Source: Bacillota bacterium
GTDB taxonomy: Bacteria; Bacillota_I; Bacilli_A; RF39; UBA660
Reading direction: 5' to 3'
DNA length: 64,000 bases
NCBI GenBank assembly: GCA_015059335.1
Contig: SVAP01000002.1
Span: 12,170-76,169 of the forward strand
The translations under genes and the position numbers were made by a program. Within the stretch, counting starts at the first letter, position 1; every line of letters begins with the position of its first letter. The notes beneath the pieces were generated by a model. That model ran no database searches. It saw only the letters and a list, made by a program, of their open reading frames with translations, and was not told the DNA's origin. Shown in pieces: positions 61,441 through 64,000 of the stretch.

Positions 61441-61616
61441 ACCTGAAGGGTACGTAAGTCATTCATTTAAAACCGACTAATTGAGTTTATAAGGGAATCT
61501 AATGGATAACTGGTGTTGAATGCCTGCTTCTAAGTAGGAATCCTAAAAGTTATACTGTGATGCCCACCTGTAAAAATGCAGGTTTTATACTCATGGCAGC
61601 GTCCTTTTGGGTTTTA
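61441..61616 (+). ncRNA. ssrS: Candidate 6S RNA (~176 nt rod-like RNA)
   Basis: The 5' ACCUGAAGGGUACG..GUCAU..UAAAACC pairs with the 3' GGUUUUA..AUGGC..CGUCCUUUUGGGU to form a long interrupted closing helix. Internal loops and a terminal hairpin CCUGCU-UCUA-AGUAGG. Non-coding. Lies directly upstream of tcdA (yrvM), the locus where B. subtilis 6S-1 (bsrA) maps. Confidence 0.5.
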
Positions 61617-61643
61617 TTATGTTTTAAAAAGTGGTGAATATAT

Positions 61644-62330
61644 ATGAACGAATTTTCTAGATCTGAAAGTTTAATTGGTACTGATAATTTAAATAAAATT
61701 AAAAATTCTAAAGTGTTAGTTATTGGATTAGGTGGAGTAGGAAGTAGCGCAGTTGAAACACTTGTTAGAAGTGGTGTAGAAAATATTATATTAGTTGATT
61801 ATGATAAAGTAGATATTACTAATATAAATAGACAATTAATTGCGTTACATTCAACAATTGATGAATATAAAACTGATGTATTTGAAAAAAGGATTAAAGA
61901 TATTAATCCTAATTGTAATGTTGTAAAGATTAATAAAAGAATAGATAATAGTAACATAGATGAAATCTTTAATTATGATTTAGATTATATTATTGATGCT
62001 TGTGATACAGTTGAAACTAAAAAATTATTAATAAAAATATCACATGATAAAAATATTAATTTGATTTCTTGTATGGGTACAGCTAAGAAATTAGATCCAA
62101 CTAAATTGTATATTACAGATATTAGAAAAACATCATATGATAAACTTGCAAAAGTACTAAGAAAATGGGTAATTGATGAGAAAATTAATTATAAAGTTAT
62201 GGTAGTATCATCATCTGAAGAAGTAATTAAAACAGATGACAATATATTAGCATCAATGTCATTTGTACCAAATACTGCGGGGATATTATGTGCGAAATAT
62301 GTGATAGATAAGATATTAGGTGAAGATTAA
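61644..62330 (+). CDS. tcdA: tRNA threonylcarbamoyladenosine dehydratase (ThiF/E1-like)
   Basis: VLVIGLGGVGSSAVETLVRSGVENIILVDYDKVDITNINRQ. About 230 aa. Confidence 0.85.
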   Translation: MNEFSRSESLIGTDNLNKIKNSKVLVIGLGGVGSSAVETLVRSGVENIILVDYDKVDITNINRQLIALHSTIDEYKTDVFEKRIKDINPNCNVVKINKRIDNSNIDEIFNYDLDYIIDACDTVETKKLLIKISHDKNINLISCMGTAKKLDPTKLYITDIRKTSYDKLAKVLRKWVIDEKINYKVMVVSSSEEVIKTDDNILASMSFVPNTAGILCAKYVIDKILGED

Positions 62331-62361
62331 TATCTTTTTTATTAATTTGTTTTAAAATGCG

Positions 62362-62471
62362 TTGACAAATGTATAGAAATATTATATTATTTCAACAAGT
62401 GAATATAATATGTAACATGAAGATTAAAATAACATAATAGTACAGGGTCATAAACGACCTTGTGCTTTTTC
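62362..62471 (+). promoter_or_regulatory. Orphan promoter-terminator unit (candidate ~75-nt sRNA or helD attenuator)
   Basis: TTGACA (62362-67), 17 nt, TATTAT (62385-90). A 10-bp hairpin gtacagggtc-ataaac-gaccttgtgc followed by ttttt at 62441-62471. No plausible ORF. Confidence 0.45.
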
Positions 62472-62540
62472 GCGTGTCATTAAGTAAATTAATTATTATA
62501 TCGCTATAATAAAATATTTAATTGGAAAGAGGTGTTAATA

Positions 62541-64000
62541 ATGAATAAAAATTTTGAAGAAGAAAAAGAACATTTAAAATCCACATTGGTAAAATTCCAA
62601 GAAATAATTGAGGACACAGAATTAAGATTAGATTCTATACCAAGAATGTATGGAGACAATCCTACTTTACTAGAAAACTTTTTAAAACAATATTCTAATA
62701 AACTAAAATTATTAGAAAAAACAAAAGACAAACCGTATTTTGCTAGAATTGATTTTAAAGATGATAGTTCTAATAATATTGATCAGTGTTATATAGGTAA
62801 AGTAGGAGTTGTGGATGAAGATAATAAAATAGTTACAGTTGATTGGAGAGCACCAATTGCTTCAATGTACTATGATAGTAATATTGGGAAAGCATCATAT
62901 GAGGCTCCTGGTGGAACATATACTGGAGAATTACTAGTAAAAAGACAATATGATATTGAAAATGGTGTTTTAAATGGTTATCAAGATGTAGATACAGTTT
63001 CAAATGATGAAATATTAAAACCATATTTAGGTGTTAATGCTGACAATCGACTTAAAAATATTGTTTCAACAATTCAAACTGAACAAAATGAAATTATTAG
63101 AGAAAAATTATTTAGTAATTTAATAATTCAAGGTGTTGCTGGTAGTGGTAAAACAACAGTTGCACTACATAGAATTGCTTATTTAGTGTATAACAATTTT
63201 AAAAGTATTAAACCAGAACAATACTTAGTAGTTGCTCCAAATAAATTTTTTGTTAATTATATTTCTGGAGTATTGCCTGATTTAGATGTTAATAATGTAT
63301 CACAGAAGACATATGATGAAATTGTTAAAGATTTTTTAGGAGAAGATTTCTTTCTTATATCTGATGAAGAAAAATTAATTAAGTCTATAAAAGATCCTAA
63401 TAAATTATTTTTCGAAAGATTAAGAGTATCTATGACATTTAAAAATGCACTTGATAAATTTATAAAAGAATATGATAAAACAATAGTGCCAGAAGAAAGT
63501 TTTGTAATAAAAGGATACAAAATTTTACCTAATTCGATTATACATAAAGTATATGACGATATAGAAAATGATTCAGTAGTTGATTATAGTATTATTGCAA
63601 AAAAGATTGAAAGAGCTTGCCTAATTTTGGGAAAATATATAGAAGAAAATTACGATTCTATTTTATCAAATATACGTAATCAATTTGATAAAAATGTTGA
63701 GACAGTTTCTAGGATGGAATTTGAAAAGGAAAGAAAAAATTTAACTTTTGTTGAAAAGGAACTAAGAAATAAATGTAATCAAAGTTTAAAAAAATATTTT
63801 TCTAACGGAAGACCTAAAATTATGAACTTGTATATTAAATTTTTAAATAATATAAATTCATATATTTTAATTGATGATTACAATGTTGGAGCATTTAGTA
63901 AAAAAACTATATCAAATATTAGAACAAAAAAAGTTGAATTCGAAGATTTAGCTTCATTGTTATATTTAAATTATAGATTTTATGGTTCAAAAGAATACAT
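62541..64000 (+). CDS. helD: HelD (helicase IV / UvrD-like RNA-polymerase-associated ATPase), N-terminal 486 codons; continues beyond the window
   Basis: Not in the ORF track because it has no stop in the window. I read the frame as open from ATG 62541 (GAAAGAGG SD) to nt 64000. KPYFARIDF...VTVDWRAPIASMYYD is the HelD N-terminal signature. Walker A is IIQGVAGSGKTTVALHRIAYL. Confidence 0.85.
   Translation, partial: MNKNFEEEKEHLKSTLVKFQEIIEDTELRLDSIPRMYGDNPTLLENFLKQYSNKLKLLEKTKDKPYFARIDFKDDSSNNIDQCYIGKVGVVDEDNKIVTVDWRAPIASMYYDSNIGKASYEAPGGTYTGELLVKRQYDIENGVLNGYQDVDTVSNDEILKPYLGVNADNRLKNIVSTIQTEQNEIIREKLFSNLIIQGVAGSGKTTVALHRIAYLVYNNFKSIKPEQYLVVAPNKFFVNYISGVLPDLDVNNVSQKTYDEIVKDFLGEDFFLISDEEKLIKSIKDPNKLFFERLRVSMTFKNALDKFIKEYDKTIVPEESFVIKGYKILPNSIIHKVYDDIENDSVVDYSIIAKKIERACLILGKYIEENYDSILSNIRNQFDKNVETVSRMEFEKERKNLTFVEKELRNKCNQSLKKYFSNGRPKIMNLYIKFLNNINSYILIDDYNVGAFSKKTISNIRTKKVEFEDLASLLYLNYRFYGSKEY

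Overview
64-kb window from a very AT-rich (about 25-30% GC by eye) Bacillota-type genome. It uses the standard code: TGA, TAA and TAG all end genes, and TGG encodes Trp. Almost all genes are on the + strand. nt 1-34,500 is accessory-looking. (i) 1-11.7 kb: a compact cohesin-dockerin locus with two cell-anchored single-cohesin proteins and four dockerin proteins. The cargo is two papain-like C1 peptidases, an LRR protein and Ig-like modules; no carbohydrate-active enzyme modules are visible. (ii) 11.8-16.2 kb: an islet of three small XRE regulators, unknown minus-strand genes and a membrane histidine-kinase-like protein with a degenerate kinase core and an intact receiver. (iii) 16.2-22.5 kb: a leader-peptide/terminator element ahead of a GT2 fusion protein, an APH-type kinase and a Nudix hydrolase, followed by a queuosine-salvage-like gene and a VanY-like protein with substituted metal ligands. 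(iv) 22.6-26.8 kb: a translationally coupled trio of unknown secreted or membrane proteins, including a 1039-aa Cys-rich protein. (v) 26.8-34.5 kb: a dense promoter/terminator/leader-ORF region, an ArpU/sigma-region-4-like regulator, a TasA-like/SipW/secreted-protein module, an orphan MazF-like gene and two tandem large serine recombinases abutting rbgA. nt 34,566-64,000 is core housekeeping: rbgA, lysS, rpsO, pnp, mutS, frr, NfeD/SPFH, a P-type ATPase, trmB, rsmE, mtaB, tcdA and helD. This part also carries five tRNA genes, a thrice-repeated tRNA-trailer/terminator module flanking a two-gene nucleotidase/2H-phosphoesterase cassette, and a candidate 6S RNA next to tcdA. Two real coding regions are absent or truncated in the supplied ORF track because they run off the window: 3..548 and 62541..64000. 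No rRNA, CRISPR array or transposase-type IS was seen. All family assignments rest on motif recognition by eye and need HMM or BLAST confirmation.
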